A stretch of DNA of 64,000 bases from Candidatus Eiseniibacteriota bacterium (lineage in GTDB: Bacteria > Eisenbacteria > RBG-16-71-46), in contig JBGPFC010000016.1 in NCBI GenBank assembly GCA_041483195.1, forward strand, positions 22,004 to 86,003, read 5' to 3'. How positions within the stretch are numbered: position 1 is the stretch's first letter; the number at the start of each line of letters is the position of its first letter. The notes below the pieces were generated by a model that saw only the letters and a program-made list of their open reading frames with translations, made no database searches and was not told where the DNA came from. Shown one piece after another: positions 19,555 to 30,689 of this stretch. The translations under genes were made by a program, and so were the position numbers.

Positions 19555-21464
19555 GGCGTGTGCCGGAGGAGGTGGAACAGCAGGGCGGCGACGCCCAGCG
19601 AGAAGAAGAGCGCGTAGGTGCCGACGAATCCGGTCTGGACCAGTCGCAGGATGGCGGAGGCCCCCTCGATCACGGAAGCGACCCCGTTCACGGTGCCGTC
19701 GACGATGGTCTCGTCCCAGAATTTCCAGAGCCGCATGCTCCAGCCTTGAATGGGACGCACGACCGCAGCTTCGTAGAACTCGTCGACCCAGTACTTGTGG
19801 CTGAGCACGTTGTGCAGGCCCGGCAGGAGCCGCGCGACCGGGTCGTCGGCTCCGGCGCGCGCGTACGCGCGGAACGCGAGCGCAATGCCGAGTGCGGCGA
19901 CGCCCACCGAGAGCGCGATCAGCATCCACTCGACGGTGGCCGACACCTCGTGCGCCGCGGCATGGCCGTCGGCGAACACCGGGGCCAGCCAGCGCGCGAA
20001 CGCGTGGCCGCCTTCCTGGAACGGCATGCCGACCAGACCGCCCACCACGGAGAGCACGGCGAGCGCGACCAGCGGCGCGATCATCGATGGCGGCGACTCG
20101 TGCAGGTGGTGCTCAGCCTCGTGCGTGAGCCGGGAGGTGCCGCGGAAGGCGAGGATGTAGAGCCGGAACATGTAGAAGGCCGTGAGCCCGGCGCCCAGCA
20201 CGCCGACGATCCACACGCCGTAGTGCCCGGAGGCGAACGCGTCCGTCAGAATTTCATCCTTGCTGAAGAATCCGGCGAAGGGCGGGATGCCCGCGATCGC
20301 AATGGTCGCCATCAGCATCGTGCCGTGGGTCCAGGGCAGGCGCGGGGCGAGCGCGCCCATGCGCCTCAGGTCCTGCTCGTCCGAGAGCGCGTGGATCACG
20401 GAGCCGGCGCCGAGGAACAGCAGCGCCTTGAAGAACGCGTGGGTCATGAGGTGGAAGATCCCGGCGCCGAATCCGCCAACGCCGCACGCGAAGAACATGT
20501 AGCCGAGCTGGCTCACGGTCGAGTAGGCGAGCACCCGCTTGATGTCGTTCTGCGCGAGCCCGATGGTCGCGGCGAACAGCGCGGTGGCGGCCCCGATCAC
20601 CGCCACCGTCTCGAGCGAGAACGGCGCGAGCTGGAACAGCACGTGGCAGCGCGCCACCATGTAGACGCCGGCGGTCACCATGGTGGCGGCGTGGATGAGC
20701 GCCGACACCGGCGTCGGGCCCTCCATCGCGTCGGGGAGCCAGGTGTAGAGCGGGAGCTGCGCGCTCTTGCCGGTCGCGCCGAGGAACAGCAGCAGGGTCG
20801 CCGCCGTGATCACGGGGGTGCCGACTGCGAACACGTGCGGGGCGATCGCGAACAGCCGCTCGAAGTTGAGGCTCCCGCCGAACGCGAACAGGATCAGCAT
20901 TCCGAGGATGAAGCCGAAGTCGCCGATGCGGTTGACGATGAAGGCCTTCTTCCCGGCGGCCGCGGCCGCCGGGCGCACGTACCAGAACCCGATCAGCAGG
21001 TAGGAGCACAACCCCACGCCCTCCCAGCCCACGAACATGAGCAGGAAGTTGTCGGCGAGCACCAGCGTGAGCATCGCGAACATGAACAGGTTCAGGTAGA
21101 GGAAGAAGCGCCGGAACGACGGGTCGTGCGCCATGTACCCGATCGAGTACACGTGGATCAGGAAGCCCACGCCGGTGACGACCAGCACCATGACGGCCGA
21201 GAGCGGATCGAGCAGGAACGCGACGCTCGCCGAGAAGTCGCCGACGCGGATCCAGGTCCACGCGTTCTCGACCAGGCTCCGCTGCGCGGCGGGCAGTGCG
21301 GCCAGCCGGAACACCGCGCGCGCCGCGAACAGGAACGCGAGCCCCACCGCGCCGCAGGCGAGCCAGGCGGTGGCGCGCTTGCCCAGACGGTCGCCCAGCA
21401 GCAGGCTCAGCGCGACCGCGCCCAGCGGCAGCGCGGGGATGATCCAGAGCAGCGGCAGGCTCAA
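19551..21464 (-). CDS. nuoL: NADH-quinone oxidoreductase subunit L
   Basis: FVGWEGVGLCSYLLIGFW, NRIGD, GKSAQLPLYTWLPDAMEGPTPVSALIHAATMV. Confidence 0.96.
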   Translation of the reverse strand: MSLPLLWIIPALPLGAVALSLLLGDRLGKRATAWLACGAVGLAFLFAARAVFRLAALPAAQRSLVENAWTWIRVGDFSASVAFLLDPLSAVMVLVVTGVGFLIHVYSIGYMAHDPSFRRFFLYLNLFMFAMLTLVLADNFLLMFVGWEGVGLCSYLLIGFWYVRPAAAAAGKKAFIVNRIGDFGFILGMLILFAFGGSLNFERLFAIAPHVFAVGTPVITAATLLLFLGATGKSAQLPLYTWLPDAMEGPTPVSALIHAATMVTAGVYMVARCHVLFQLAPFSLETVAVIGAATALFAATIGLAQNDIKRVLAYSTVSQLGYMFFACGVGGFGAGIFHLMTHAFFKALLFLGAGSVIHALSDEQDLRRMGALAPRLPWTHGTMLMATIAIAGIPPFAGFFSKDEILTDAFASGHYGVWIVGVLGAGLTAFYMFRLYILAFRGTSRLTHEAEHHLHESPPSMIAPLVALAVLSVVGGLVGMPFQEGGHAFARWLAPVFADGHAAAHEVSATVEWMLIALSVGVAALGIALAFRAYARAGADDPVARLLPGLHNVLSHKYWVDEFYEAAVVRPIQGWSMRLWKFWDETIVDGTVNGVASVIEGASAILRLVQTGFVGTYALFFSLGVAALLFHLLRHTP

Positions 21465-21471
21465 GCGACGC

Positions 21472-21774
21472 TCATCCTTTCAGCAGGGTCACTTCGTCGA
21501 CGAACACCGTCTCGCGGAGGCGGAACAGGTTCACGATGATCGCGAGGCCCACCGCGACTTCGGCGGCGGCCACCGTCATCACGAAGAACACGAAGATCTG
21601 GCCGTCGATCGAGTGCAGCGCACGCGCGAACGCCACGAAGGCGAGGTTGGCCGCGTTCAGCATGAGCTCGATGGACATGAAGATGACGAGCGCGTTGCGG
21701 CGCACCAGCACGCCCACCACGCCGATCACGAACAGCAGCGCGCTGAGCGCGAGCGTCCACGCGAGCGGAATCAC
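21472..21774 (-). CDS. nuoK: NADH-quinone oxidoreductase subunit K
   Basis: [34 protein letters not shown] start 21774. Confidence 0.95.
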   Translation of the reverse strand: MIPLAWTLALSALLFVIGVVGVLVRRNALVIFMSIELMLNAANLAFVAFARALHSIDGQIFVFFVMTVAAAEVAVGLAIIVNLFRLRETVFVDEVTLLKG

Positions 21775-22286
21775 GGCTGCTCCCTCCTGCGGCCCTTGCC
21801 GATCACGATCACGCCCACCATCGCGACCAGCAGCACCATCGACGTGATCTCGAACGGAAACAGGTAGCGCGTGTAGAGCGCCTGCCCGATCGCCTGGGTG
21901 TTGCCGCCCGCCGGCGGCGCGGCCTCCGGCATCACCGGCCCCGGCGACCAGCGCCGCATGAAGAGCAGCGCCGATTCGGCAGCGATCACGGCCCCCGTCA
22001 CCCAGCCGACGCCGCGGCGCACCGCGTGGTGGACGCCGGCGTCGATGTCGTGGGAGAGGTTCAGGTACATGAGCACGAACAGGAACAGCACCATGATCGC
22101 GCCGGCGTACACGATGATCTGGACCAGCCCGACGAACTCGGCGCCGAGCAGCAGGTAGATGCCGGCGAGCGAGCAGAACGCAAGCACCAGGAACAGCGCG
22201 CTCGTCACCGGGCTGCGGTGGAGGATCACGAGCAGCGCGCACGCCACCAGCATCGCGCCGAAGCCCACGAACAGGGCTGGGGTCAT
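21771..22286 (-). CDS. nuoJ: NADH-quinone oxidoreductase subunit J
   Basis: [34 protein letters not shown]. Confidence 0.95.
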   Translation of the reverse strand: MTPALFVGFGAMLVACALLVILHRSPVTSALFLVLAFCSLAGIYLLLGAEFVGLVQIIVYAGAIMVLFLFVLMYLNLSHDIDAGVHHAVRRGVGWVTGAVIAAESALLFMRRWSPGPVMPEAAPPAGGNTQAIGQALYTRYLFPFEITSMVLLVAMVGVIVIGKGRRREQP

Positions 22287-23308
22287 GGGTGCGTCACCCA
22301 GAAGACCCAGACCGAGGTCACGACGATGTTGGCGAGCGCGACCGGGAGCAGCACCTTCCAGCCCAGGTTCATGAGCTGGTCGTAGCGGAGCCGGGGATAG
22401 GTCCAGCGCACCCATATGAAGAAGAAGAGGAGCGCGCCGAGCTTGGCGAAGAACCAGAGGAACTTGAGGGAGTCGGGCAGCCACGGCCCGTTCCACCCTC
22501 CCAGGAACAGCGTCACCGCGATCGAGCAGATGGTGATGACGTTCGCGAACTCGCCGAGGAAGAAGAGGCCGAATTTCATGCTCGAGTACTCGGTGTGGAA
22601 TCCCGCCACCAGCTCGGCCTCGGCCTCGGGCAGGTCGAATGGCGCGCGGTTGGTCTCGGCCAGCGCCGTGATCATGAACACGGCGAATGCGACCGGCTGG
22701 TAGAAGACGAACCAGCGCGGCAGCGCGAGCGGCCCCAGCTGGATCGCGCTCGCCTGCGCGTGCACGATATCCACCAGCGAGAGCGACCCGGCGATCAGCA
22801 GCACGCCGATGGTCGAGAGCCCCATCGCCAGCTCGTACGACACCATCTGGGCGGCGGAGCGCAGCCCCCCGAGCAGCGCGTACTTGTTGTTCGATGACCA
22901 GCCGCCGAGCGTGATGGAGTACACGCCCAGGCTCGACATCGCGAGGAACAGCAGCAGCCCGACGTTGATGTCGGTGACGATGAAGTTGGGCCCGATCGGA
23001 ATCACCGAGAACGTCACCAGCGCCGGCACCACCGCCAGCATGGGCGCGATGTGGAAGATGACCTTGTTCGCGTCCGCCGGAATGAACTCCTCCTTGAAGA
23101 AGAGCTTCAGCACGTCGGCGATGGGCTGGAGCAGGCCGAACGGGCCCACGCGGTTGGGGCCGACCCGGGCCTGCATGTGGCCGGCGATCTTGCGCTCGGC
23201 GAAGATCATGTAGGAAACGACCCCCAGCATCCCGAACAGGATCACGACGATCTTGATCATGGCCCAGAAGACGAACTGGAAGTCGGGGTTGCTCCAGAGG
23301 GCGGCCAT
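22283..23308 (-). CDS. nuoH: NADH-quinone oxidoreductase subunit H
   Basis: [50 protein letters not shown]. Confidence 0.96.
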   Translation of the reverse strand: MAALWSNPDFQFVFWAMIKIVVILFGMLGVVSYMIFAERKIAGHMQARVGPNRVGPFGLLQPIADVLKLFFKEEFIPADANKVIFHIAPMLAVVPALVTFSVIPIGPNFIVTDINVGLLLFLAMSSLGVYSITLGGWSSNNKYALLGGLRSAAQMVSYELAMGLSTIGVLLIAGSLSLVDIVHAQASAIQLGPLALPRWFVFYQPVAFAVFMITALAETNRAPFDLPEAEAELVAGFHTEYSSMKFGLFFLGEFANVITICSIAVTLFLGGWNGPWLPDSLKFLWFFAKLGALLFFFIWVRWTYPRLRYDQLMNLGWKVLLPVALANIVVTSVWVFWVTHP

Positions 23309-23315
23309 CCCGGCG

Positions 23316-26009
23316 CTAAGCTCCCACCTTCTCCGCGACGCCGGAACGGCGCGCCGCGACTCGGAGTCCCGCGCCCTGCGGGGCGCCGAGACGGTTGAGC
23401 TGCACGCCGGGGTGCGCGTGGGGCACGAATACGCTGCCCTCTGGCACGGCGTCGTCGATCGCGACCGGCAGCTCGATGCGGCCCCCCGGCCCCGCGAGCT
23501 CGACGCGATCTCCCTCGCCCAGGCCGAGGCTTCGCGCCTCGGCCGGATGGAGGAAGGCGCGCGCCGCCTTCGCGAGCTTCGGGAGCAGCGTGCCGCGATC
23601 CGCGACGGTGTCGTTCAGGAAGAGCGTCGCGCCGGACAGCAGCGACAATCCGTCCGCGCGTCCTGCCGGCGCACCCGGCGCGGCGACCGGCGTCAGCGCC
23701 GCGGCCACGGCCGGCGCCCCGGGGCTCGACCACTGGGGACCCAGCGGCAGGAGCGTCGCGTAGCTGGTTCCCTGGTAGCCGGGCGTGAGGCGCGCGATCT
23801 CGCGGTACACGTCCTCGACGGTGCGATAGCTCCACGCCGCGCCGAGCGCGCGCGCGACGGACTGGATGATCTCCCAGTCGGGCCGGCTGCCGCGGCGCGG
23901 GGACAGCGCGCGCGCCGAGCGCTGAAGGCGACGCTCGCAGTTCACGACAACGCCTTCCTTCTCCGCGAAAGCCGAGGCCGGGAACACGACGTGCGCGTGC
24001 TTCGCGGTCTCGGTGAGGAACAGATCGCTCACGATGACGAGGTCCGCCGTCTCGAGCGCCCGCATCGCGAGCGCGCGGTCGGGGGCGCTCCGCAACCAGT
24101 CGTCGCCCGCGATCCACAGCGCCCGAACGCGGCCATCGGCGGCGGCGGCGAGGATCTCGGGCGCGGTCATGCCCGGCGCCGGCGCGAGCGCGGCGCCCCA
24201 CTGCTGCTCGAAAGGCTTGCGCCGCGCCGCGTCAGCGACCGGGACGTAGCCCGGGAGGCAATCGGGCGTGAGGCCCATGTCGAGAGCGCCCTGGCTGTTG
24301 TTGCGGGGACCCAGGTACATCACAAACGACCGCTCCGCGGTGAGCGCGCCGGTCACCCAGCCGAGATGCTCGATCGCCTGGAGCAGCGCCACCGCCTGCG
24401 GATGCTCCGCCACCGCGCGTCCGAACAGCACGAGCTTGCGTTGGGCCGACCGGAGACGTGCGGCCGCGGCGCGGATCGCGGCATACGAGACGCCGCTCGC
24501 GCGCTCGACCGCTTCGGCGGTCCACGGCGCGAGCGAGGCTTCCAGCGCAGGCCGCGCAGCCGCGAGCTCGGGAGGCGGCGCTTCGGGTCCGCCCGCCTCG
24601 AGCGCCGCGCGCGTGAGGCCATGGAGCAGCGCCAACTCACCGCCCGGCTTCACAGCGAGCCAGTCGCCTCCGAACTTCGGGCGGGCGAGCTTCACGCGTC
24701 GCGCGTGCGCCACGGTGAGATGGAGTCCCCGCTGATGCTGGCCCTGGATGAGCACCGCCTGCGCGAATGGCGATTCCCCCTGCAGGTCGTCGAACAGCAC
24801 CAGGGCCTCCCGCGCGCCGCGCGCCTCGTCGAACGAGACCAGCGGCCGGCCGCCGCCGGTCGCCCGCAGGAGCGCGGCGCCCGGCACCTTCGCCGTGAAG
24901 CGCGTGCGCGCGTCGACGTGCGGGGTGCCCAGCACCGCGCGCGCGAGCTTCTGGAGCAGGTACTGCTCCTCGAGGTTGAGCGTCTCGCCGCCCAGGAACG
25001 CGATCGCGCCGGGGCCATGCGCGCCCGCGATCGCCCGCAGGTGCGTCGCCGCGAGCGCGACCGCCTCGTCGAAGGACGCCGGCGCGAGCGCGCCGCCCGC
25101 GCGCACGAGCGGCGCCGAGAGCCGCTCCGCGCTCTGCACGAACTCGTAGCCGAAGCGGCCGTGGACGCACAGGTATTCCTGGTTCACGCCGCGGTGCTCG
25201 GTGCCGCGCGCCCTGAGAATCTCCATGCCGCGCACCCCGAGCCGCACGCTGCACCCGTTCGAGCACGACGGGCAGATCGTCACGTGCTGGCGCAGGTCCC
25301 AGGGGCGCGCCTTGAAACGGTAGGGCAGCGCGGTGAGCGCGCCGACCGGGCACACCTCGATGCAGTTGCCGCACTGCTCGCACTCGAGCGGCTGGCGGTC
25401 GAACGACGAGATCTCGGTGTGAACGCCACGCTGGTGCGCGGTAAGCGCGTCGTCGCCCATGATCTCGTCGCAGTAGCGCACGCACCGCATGCACACGATG
25501 CAGCGGTTCGCCTCCTTCTTCACGACCGGGCCCAGGTCCTCGGAAACGAAGGTGCGCTTCGCCTCGTCCATGCGCGAGAAGTCGTGGCCGAACGCGAAGG
25601 CCAAGTCTTGAAGTTGGCACTCGCCGCCCTCGTCGCACACCGGGCAGTCGAGCGGATGGTTGACGAGCAGGAATTCCATGACGCCCTGCCGCGCCTTCAC
25701 GGCGCCGGGCGATCGGGTCGCGACCACCATGCCGTCGGACACGGTCGTGGTGCACGCGGTCTGCGGCTTCGGCATCCACGCGATGACCGGCTCGCCGTCC
25801 GGCCCCAGCACCGGCTTGCCGTCGCGCTCGCGTTTCGGCGTCCCGATCTCGACGACGCAGATCCGGCACGCGCCGAGCGGCGGGAGCTTCTGGTGCGAGC
25901 AGAAGATCGGAATGTGCGTCTCCGCCATGCGGGCGGCGTCGGTGACGAGCGTGCCGGCCGGCACCTCGATCGCGTGGTCGTCGATGCGCACGCGGCAGGT
26001 CGCGCTCAT
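23316..26009 (-). CDS. nuoG: NADH-quinone oxidoreductase subunit G (long form)
   Basis: IPIFC, GACRICVVE, NHPLDCPVCDEGGECQLQD, RCIVCMRC, CEQCGNCIEVCPVGAL, CPSCSNGC. Confidence 0.93.
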   Translation of the reverse strand: MSATCRVRIDDHAIEVPAGTLVTDAARMAETHIPIFCSHQKLPPLGACRICVVEIGTPKRERDGKPVLGPDGEPVIAWMPKPQTACTTTVSDGMVVATRSPGAVKARQGVMEFLLVNHPLDCPVCDEGGECQLQDLAFAFGHDFSRMDEAKRTFVSEDLGPVVKKEANRCIVCMRCVRYCDEIMGDDALTAHQRGVHTEISSFDRQPLECEQCGNCIEVCPVGALTALPYRFKARPWDLRQHVTICPSCSNGCSVRLGVRGMEILRARGTEHRGVNQEYLCVHGRFGYEFVQSAERLSAPLVRAGGALAPASFDEAVALAATHLRAIAGAHGPGAIAFLGGETLNLEEQYLLQKLARAVLGTPHVDARTRFTAKVPGAALLRATGGGRPLVSFDEARGAREALVLFDDLQGESPFAQAVLIQGQHQRGLHLTVAHARRVKLARPKFGGDWLAVKPGGELALLHGLTRAALEAGGPEAPPPELAAARPALEASLAPWTAEAVERASGVSYAAIRAAAARLRSAQRKLVLFGRAVAEHPQAVALLQAIEHLGWVTGALTAERSFVMYLGPRNNSQGALDMGLTPDCLPGYVPVADAARRKPFEQQWGAALAPAPGMTAPEILAAAADGRVRALWIAGDDWLRSAPDRALAMRALETADLVIVSDLFLTETAKHAHVVFPASAFAEKEGVVVNCERRLQRSARALSPRRGSRPDWEIIQSVARALGAAWSYRTVEDVYREIARLTPGYQGTSYATLLPLGPQWSSPGAPAVAAALTPVAAPGAPAGRADGLSLLSGATLFLNDTVADRGTLLPKLAKAARAFLHPAEARSLGLGEGDRVELAGPGGRIELPVAIDDAVPEGSVFVPHAHPGVQLNRLGAPQGAGLRVAARRSGVAEKVGA

Positions 26010-27322
26010 GCGCGCACCGCCTCGCCCCACCGCGACTCGATCTCGGCGCTGCGGCGGTTCACCATGCAGCGCCGGTGGGCGACGTGGTACTCGAACTCGG
26101 CGCGGAAGTGCTGGATGAAGCCCTGCACCGGCATCGCGGCCGCGTCGCCCAGCGCGCAGAACGACTTGCCGAGGATGTTGTCCGCAACGTCCTCCAGCAG
26201 GCCGATGTCGCTCTCGCGCCCATGGCCGTGCTCGAGGCGCTCCAGCACCTCGCTCATCCAGTAGGTGCCCTCGCGGCACGGCGTGCACTTGCCGCACGAC
26301 TCGTGCTCGTAGAAGCGCGTGATGTTCCAGAGCGCGTCCACCAGGCAGGTCTGGTCGTCGATCACGATCACGCCGCCCGAGCCGAGAAACGTGCCCGCCG
26401 CGTTCATGGATTCGTAGTCGAGGCCGGTGCTCAGCATCGAGGCCGGCAGCGGAGGCACCGACGATCCGCCCGGGATCACGGCCTTGATCGCGAGGCCGTC
26501 GCGCATGCCGCCGCAGTGCTCATCGAGCAGCGTCGAGAGCGGCAGGCCGAGCGGCACCTCGTAGTTGCCGGGGCGCTTCACGCGGCCCGAGACGCTCAGG
26601 ATCTTGGTGCCGGCGCTCTTCTCGGTTCCCCACTGCCGGTACCACGCCGCTCCGTGCTTGAGAATGTGCGGCACGTTCATGAGCGTCTCGGTGTTGTTCA
26701 CCACCGTGGGACAGGCGTAGAGGCCCTCGACCGCGGGGAACGGCGGCTTGAGACGCGGCTGGCCGCGGTAGCCTTCGAGCGAGGAGAGCAGCGCGGTTTC
26801 CTCGCCGCAGATGTACGCGCCGGCGCCGAGGTGCGTGTACAGCTCGAAGCGGAATCCGGTGCCGAGCACGTTCGCGCCGATCAGGCCCGCCGTGCGCGCA
26901 TCCGCGATCGCGCGGTCGAGGATGCGCTGGATGTAGTCGAACTCGCCGCGCAGGTAGATGTACCCGGTGTTCGCCTGGATCGCCCACGCCGAGAGGATGA
27001 TGCCCTCGATGAGCAGGTGTGGGTTCTTCTCCATGAGCTCGCGGTCCTTGAAGGTGCCGGGCTCGCTCTCGTCGGCGTTGCACACGAGATACTTCGGCTT
27101 CGTGGTCTGCTTCGGCACGAAGCTCCACTTGAGCCCGGTGGGAAATCCGGCGCCGCCGCGGCCGCGCAATCCCGATGCCTTCACGATCTCGATGCATTCG
27201 TCGGGGCTCCGCTTGCCGAGCGCCTCGGCGAGCGTTTCGTAGCCACCGCCCGCGCGATAGGTCTCGAGCGCGGCCAGCCCCGGCGTGTCGATGTCCTTGA
27301 AGAGCAGCGGCCCGCGGCTCAT
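26006..27322 (-). CDS. nuoF: NADH-quinone oxidoreductase subunit F
   Basis: GLRGRGGAGFPTGLKW, NADESEPGTFKDR, GAGAYICGEETAL, HESCGKCTPCREG. Confidence 0.96.
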   Translation of the reverse strand: MSRGPLLFKDIDTPGLAALETYRAGGGYETLAEALGKRSPDECIEIVKASGLRGRGGAGFPTGLKWSFVPKQTTKPKYLVCNADESEPGTFKDRELMEKNPHLLIEGIILSAWAIQANTGYIYLRGEFDYIQRILDRAIADARTAGLIGANVLGTGFRFELYTHLGAGAYICGEETALLSSLEGYRGQPRLKPPFPAVEGLYACPTVVNNTETLMNVPHILKHGAAWYRQWGTEKSAGTKILSVSGRVKRPGNYEVPLGLPLSTLLDEHCGGMRDGLAIKAVIPGGSSVPPLPASMLSTGLDYESMNAAGTFLGSGGVIVIDDQTCLVDALWNITRFYEHESCGKCTPCREGTYWMSEVLERLEHGHGRESDIGLLEDVADNILGKSFCALGDAAAMPVQGFIQHFRAEFEYHVAHRRCMVNRRSAEIESRWGEAVRA

Positions 27323-27828
27323 TTCAGCTTCTCCAGCAGCGCGTCCACCTTCGCCTCGTCCAGGTGCTCGTGGTATTCGAGCCCGGCCTGCAGGCACGGC
27401 CCGCCGCCGCACGCCGCCAGGCACTCGACGCGCCGCAGCGTGAACCGGCCGTCCGGGGTGGTCTCGCCGTGCCCGATCCCGAGCTTCGACTCGAGATGGC
27501 TGAACAGGCGGTCGGCGCCCATCAGCGAGCACGAGAGCGTCATGCACACCTGGAGATGATGGCGGCCGATCGGCTTCAGATTGAACATCGTGTAGAAGGT
27601 CGCGATCCCGAACACCTCGGGCTCCGGCAGCTCGAGGGTGCGGGCGACGAGCCTGAGCGCGGCGGGCGAGATCCACCCCCACTCGCGCTGCGCGATCCAG
27701 AGAATGGGCAGCACCGCCGAGCGCCGGAGCGGGTAGTGCGAGAGCGCATCGTCCACCTCCGCTCGGCGCGCGGCGGGCCACTCGAGCGGCGGGGCCGCGC
27801 TCTCGATCGAGACGACCGGCGCGCTCAC
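27319..27828 (-). CDS. nuoE: NADH-quinone oxidoreductase subunit E
   Basis: ATFYTMF, VCMTLSC, VECLAAC; GTG start 27828. Confidence 0.93.
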   Translation of the reverse strand: MSAPVVSIESAAPPLEWPAARRAEVDDALSHYPLRRSAVLPILWIAQREWGWISPAALRLVARTLELPEPEVFGIATFYTMFNLKPIGRHHLQVCMTLSCSLMGADRLFSHLESKLGIGHGETTPDGRFTLRRVECLAACGGGPCLQAGLEYHEHLDEAKVDALLEKLK

Positions 27829-29003
27829 CGGTCGACCTCGCCCAGCACGATGTCGATGCTCCCGATGGCGGTGATCACGTCGGCGACCAGTCTTCCCTCG
27901 ATCATGGTCGGAATCGTCTGGAGATTGACGAACGACGGCGAGCGCACCTTCATGCGCCAGGGCCGCGGGGTGCCGTCCGAGACGAAGTAGAAGCCGAGCT
28001 CGCCCTTCGGCGCCTCGATCGCGTGGTACGCCTCGCCCACCGGCGGGAAGAACCCGTGCGCGACGATCTTGAAATGGTGGATCAGGGCCTCCATCGAGGT
28101 CTTGACCTCTTCCTTGGGCGGGAGCACGTACTTGTAGTCGCGCAGGCGGTAGTCGCCGGGGCCCAGCTCGCGCAGGCGCCGGATCGCCTGATCCGCGATG
28201 CGCGTGCTCTGGCGCATCTCCTCGACGCGCACCTGGTAGCGATCGTACGCGTCTCCCCCGGTGCCGATCGGGATCTCGAAGTCGTAGGCTTCGTAGCCGG
28301 AGTAGGGCTGGCTCTTGCGCAGGTCCCACTTGACCCCCGAGCCGCGCAGCACCGGCCCGGTCGCGCCCAGCGCGAGGGCGTCCTTCGCGGAGAGCGGCGC
28401 GACGCCCCTTGTGCGCGCGAGCCAGATCGGGTTCTTCGTGAGCAGCGCCTCGTACTCGTCGATGTGCGCCGGCATCTCGTCCACGAACGTCTGGCAACGG
28501 TCGAGGAACCCCTCCGGGATGTCCATCGCGAGCCCGCCCACCCGGAAATAGGAAGCGGTCATGCGCGCGCCGCACACCTGATCGTAAATCGACAGCACCC
28601 GCTCGCGCTCGCGGAAGCAATAGAAGAAGACGGTCATGGCGCCGATGTCGAGCGCGTGCGTCCCGAGCCACACGCAATGCGCGCTGATCCGGCTCAGCTC
28701 GGTGAGCAGCACCCGCACCGCCTGCGCGCGCGGCGGCGCCTCGATCGCCAGCAGGCGCTCCGCCGCGAGGCACAGCGCCAGGTTGTTGCTCATCGGCGCC
28801 AGGTAGTCCATGCGGTCGGTCTGCGGGATGGACTGGGTGTAGGTCTTGTACTCGGCCTGCTTCTCCATGCCGGTATGCAGGTAGCCGATGATCGGCCTGG
28901 CGCGCAGCACGGTCTCGCCGTCGAGCTCGAGCGCGACCCGCAGCACGCCGTGGGTCGCGGGGTGCTGGGGACCCATGTTGAGGGTCATGGTCTCAGTGCG
29001 CAC
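27825..29003 (-). CDS. nuoD: NADH-quinone oxidoreductase subunit D
   Basis: NMGPQHPATHGVLR, GYLHTGMEK, DRMDY, EAPKGELG, DIVLGEVDR. Confidence 0.96.
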   Translation of the reverse strand: MRTETMTLNMGPQHPATHGVLRVALELDGETVLRARPIIGYLHTGMEKQAEYKTYTQSIPQTDRMDYLAPMSNNLALCLAAERLLAIEAPPRAQAVRVLLTELSRISAHCVWLGTHALDIGAMTVFFYCFRERERVLSIYDQVCGARMTASYFRVGGLAMDIPEGFLDRCQTFVDEMPAHIDEYEALLTKNPIWLARTRGVAPLSAKDALALGATGPVLRGSGVKWDLRKSQPYSGYEAYDFEIPIGTGGDAYDRYQVRVEEMRQSTRIADQAIRRLRELGPGDYRLRDYKYVLPPKEEVKTSMEALIHHFKIVAHGFFPPVGEAYHAIEAPKGELGFYFVSDGTPRPWRMKVRSPSFVNLQTIPTMIEGRLVADVITAIGSIDIVLGEVDR

Positions 29004-29562
29004 GGTATCGAACCTTCTTCGGCGCGAGCTTCTTGAGCGTGGGGTCGGGCTTCATGCGGTGGGGCGTGTTGTGAGTGAAGGCGACCTCTTCGTAGCCCAG
29101 CGGGGAATCCTTGCGCAGCGGCCAGCCCACCCAGTCCTCGGGCAGCAGGATGCGCGTGAGGTCCGGGTGCCCCGTGAACTCGATGCCGTAGAAGTCGTAG
29201 GTCTCGCGCTCGTGCCAGTTGGCGGTGGGCCACACGCCGGCGACGGTCGGCACGCGTGGATTCTCCTCGGGCACCGCGACCTTCAGCGTGACGCGTGTGT
29301 TGCGCGTGAGCGAGAGCAACCCGTATGCGACCTCGAAGCGGGGCTCGCGCGGGAGCCAGTCGATGCCCGCGATCCACGACAGCATCGCGAAATCGAGCTC
29401 GGGGTCGTCGCGCAGGAAGGCGCAGATCTCCGCGATCCGTTCGGCCGGCACCATCAGCGTGAAGTCTCGGACCGCCTCGCCGGTCTGACGGTGAAACGGC
29501 GCGTCGGGAAAGCGCTCGCGGAGGCGCTCCTCGATGCGCAGCGGCGTGAGGGCGGTGGTCAT
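28993..29562 (-). CDS. nuoC: NADH-quinone oxidoreductase subunit C
   Basis: [39 protein letters not shown]. Confidence 0.94.
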   Translation of the reverse strand: MTTALTPLRIEERLRERFPDAPFHRQTGEAVRDFTLMVPAERIAEICAFLRDDPELDFAMLSWIAGIDWLPREPRFEVAYGLLSLTRNTRVTLKVAVPEENPRVPTVAGVWPTANWHERETYDFYGIEFTGHPDLTRILLPEDWVGWPLRKDSPLGYEEVAFTHNTPHRMKPDPTLKKLAPKKVRYRAH

Positions 29563-30176
29563 GCCGCGCCCTTGGCCTTCTTCCTGCTCGGGAGGGGACC
29601 GAGCTCGACCTTCGAGACGAGGATCTTCTCCTGCAGCTTCATGATCCCGTGAATGAGCGCCTCGGGGCGCGGCGGGCAGCCGGGCACGTAGACGTCCACC
29701 GGCACGATCTTGTCGACCCCCTGGAGGATCGCGTAGTTGTTGAAAACGCCTCCGCAGGACGCGCACGCGCCCATCGAGATCACCCACTTGGGATCGGGCA
29801 TCTGGTCGTACAGCTGGCGCAGCACCGGGGCCATCTTGATGCTGACCCGCCCCGCGACGATCATGAGGTCAGCCTGGCGCGGGGACGAACGAAACACCTC
29901 AGCGCCGAAGCGAGAGATGTCGAAGCGCGGGCCGACGATCGCCATCATCTCGATCGCGCAGCAGGCCAGACCGAATCCGAGCGGCCAGATCGAATTCGCG
30001 CGGGACTGATTGACCGCCCAGCTCACGAGCTTCTCGGCCGACGTGAACAGCACGCCGCGCTCGACCTCTTCGCGGATCGCGTCGGCCTCGCTGATCGGCA
30101 GGTCGCGATGCGCCGGGGCGGCGGCCGGCGGCGGCGCGAGCGTGCGAAACGGATTCAGCGTCCCGTCGTCAGGCAA
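29559..30176 (-). CDS. nuoB: NADH-quinone oxidoreductase subunit B
   Basis: [34 protein letters not shown] start at 30176 after GAGGAGG. Confidence 0.95.
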   Translation of the reverse strand: MPDDGTLNPFRTLAPPPAAAPAHRDLPISEADAIREEVERGVLFTSAEKLVSWAVNQSRANSIWPLGFGLACCAIEMMAIVGPRFDISRFGAEVFRSSPRQADLMIVAGRVSIKMAPVLRQLYDQMPDPKWVISMGACASCGGVFNNYAILQGVDKIVPVDVYVPGCPPRPEALIHGIMKLQEKILVSKVELGPLPSRKKAKGAA

Positions 30177-30254
30177 GCCCCACCTCCTCGCGCCGGTGGC
30201 CGTTCGCGGGTGCGGGGCGCACCCCGGAAACACGCGGGCCCAGGGTGCCGCGCC

Positions 30255-30608
30255 TCATTCCCATTCGAGGGCCCGCTTCTTCAGCAGGTAGAGATACCCG
30301 ACGAGCAGGACGACGATGAAGAGCAGCATCTCGACGAGGCCGTACATCCCGAGCGCCCGAAACGCGACCGCCCACGGGTACAGGAACACCGCCTCGATGT
30401 CGAACAGGATGAAGAGCACGGCCACCAGGTAGAACTTCACGGAGAACCGCGCCCGCGCATCGCCCACCGGCTCGACGCCGCATTCGTACGGCGAGTTCTT
30501 GATGGCGTTGGTGCGCCTCGGGACGATGATGGTCGACAGGCCGATCGTGCCCGCCGCGAAGGCGAATCCCACGGCCACGAACAGCAGCACCGGCAGGTAC
30601 TCTCTCAT
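30255..30608 (-). CDS. nuoA: NADH-quinone oxidoreductase subunit A
   Basis: PYECG, FYLVAVLFILFDIEAVFLYPWA, ALEWE. Confidence 0.95.
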   Translation of the reverse strand: MREYLPVLLFVAVGFAFAAGTIGLSTIIVPRRTNAIKNSPYECGVEPVGDARARFSVKFYLVAVLFILFDIEAVFLYPWAVAFRALGMYGLVEMLLFIVVLLVGYLYLLKKRALEWE

Positions 30609-30689
30609 GCCACCCCTCAGGCCTCCCCGAAGCACCTCATGCGAAGCGTGCGGTGGAATTCGCACCCTAGCGGCCGCGCGGAACGAGCG

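Noticed and set aside
23316..26009. NuoG as a Moco-dependent formate dehydrogenase, given moaC, moeA and mobA nearby
   Set aside because: The region where FDH has its Cys/Sec-His Mo ligand reads VDARTRFTAK, and operon position fits an ordinary long NuoG
23253..26264. 1003-aa plus-strand ORF and the many other long antisense or alternate-frame ORFs in the window
   Set aside because: They lie opposite or within well-supported genes; stop codons are scarce at this GC content and the translations have no recognisable motifs
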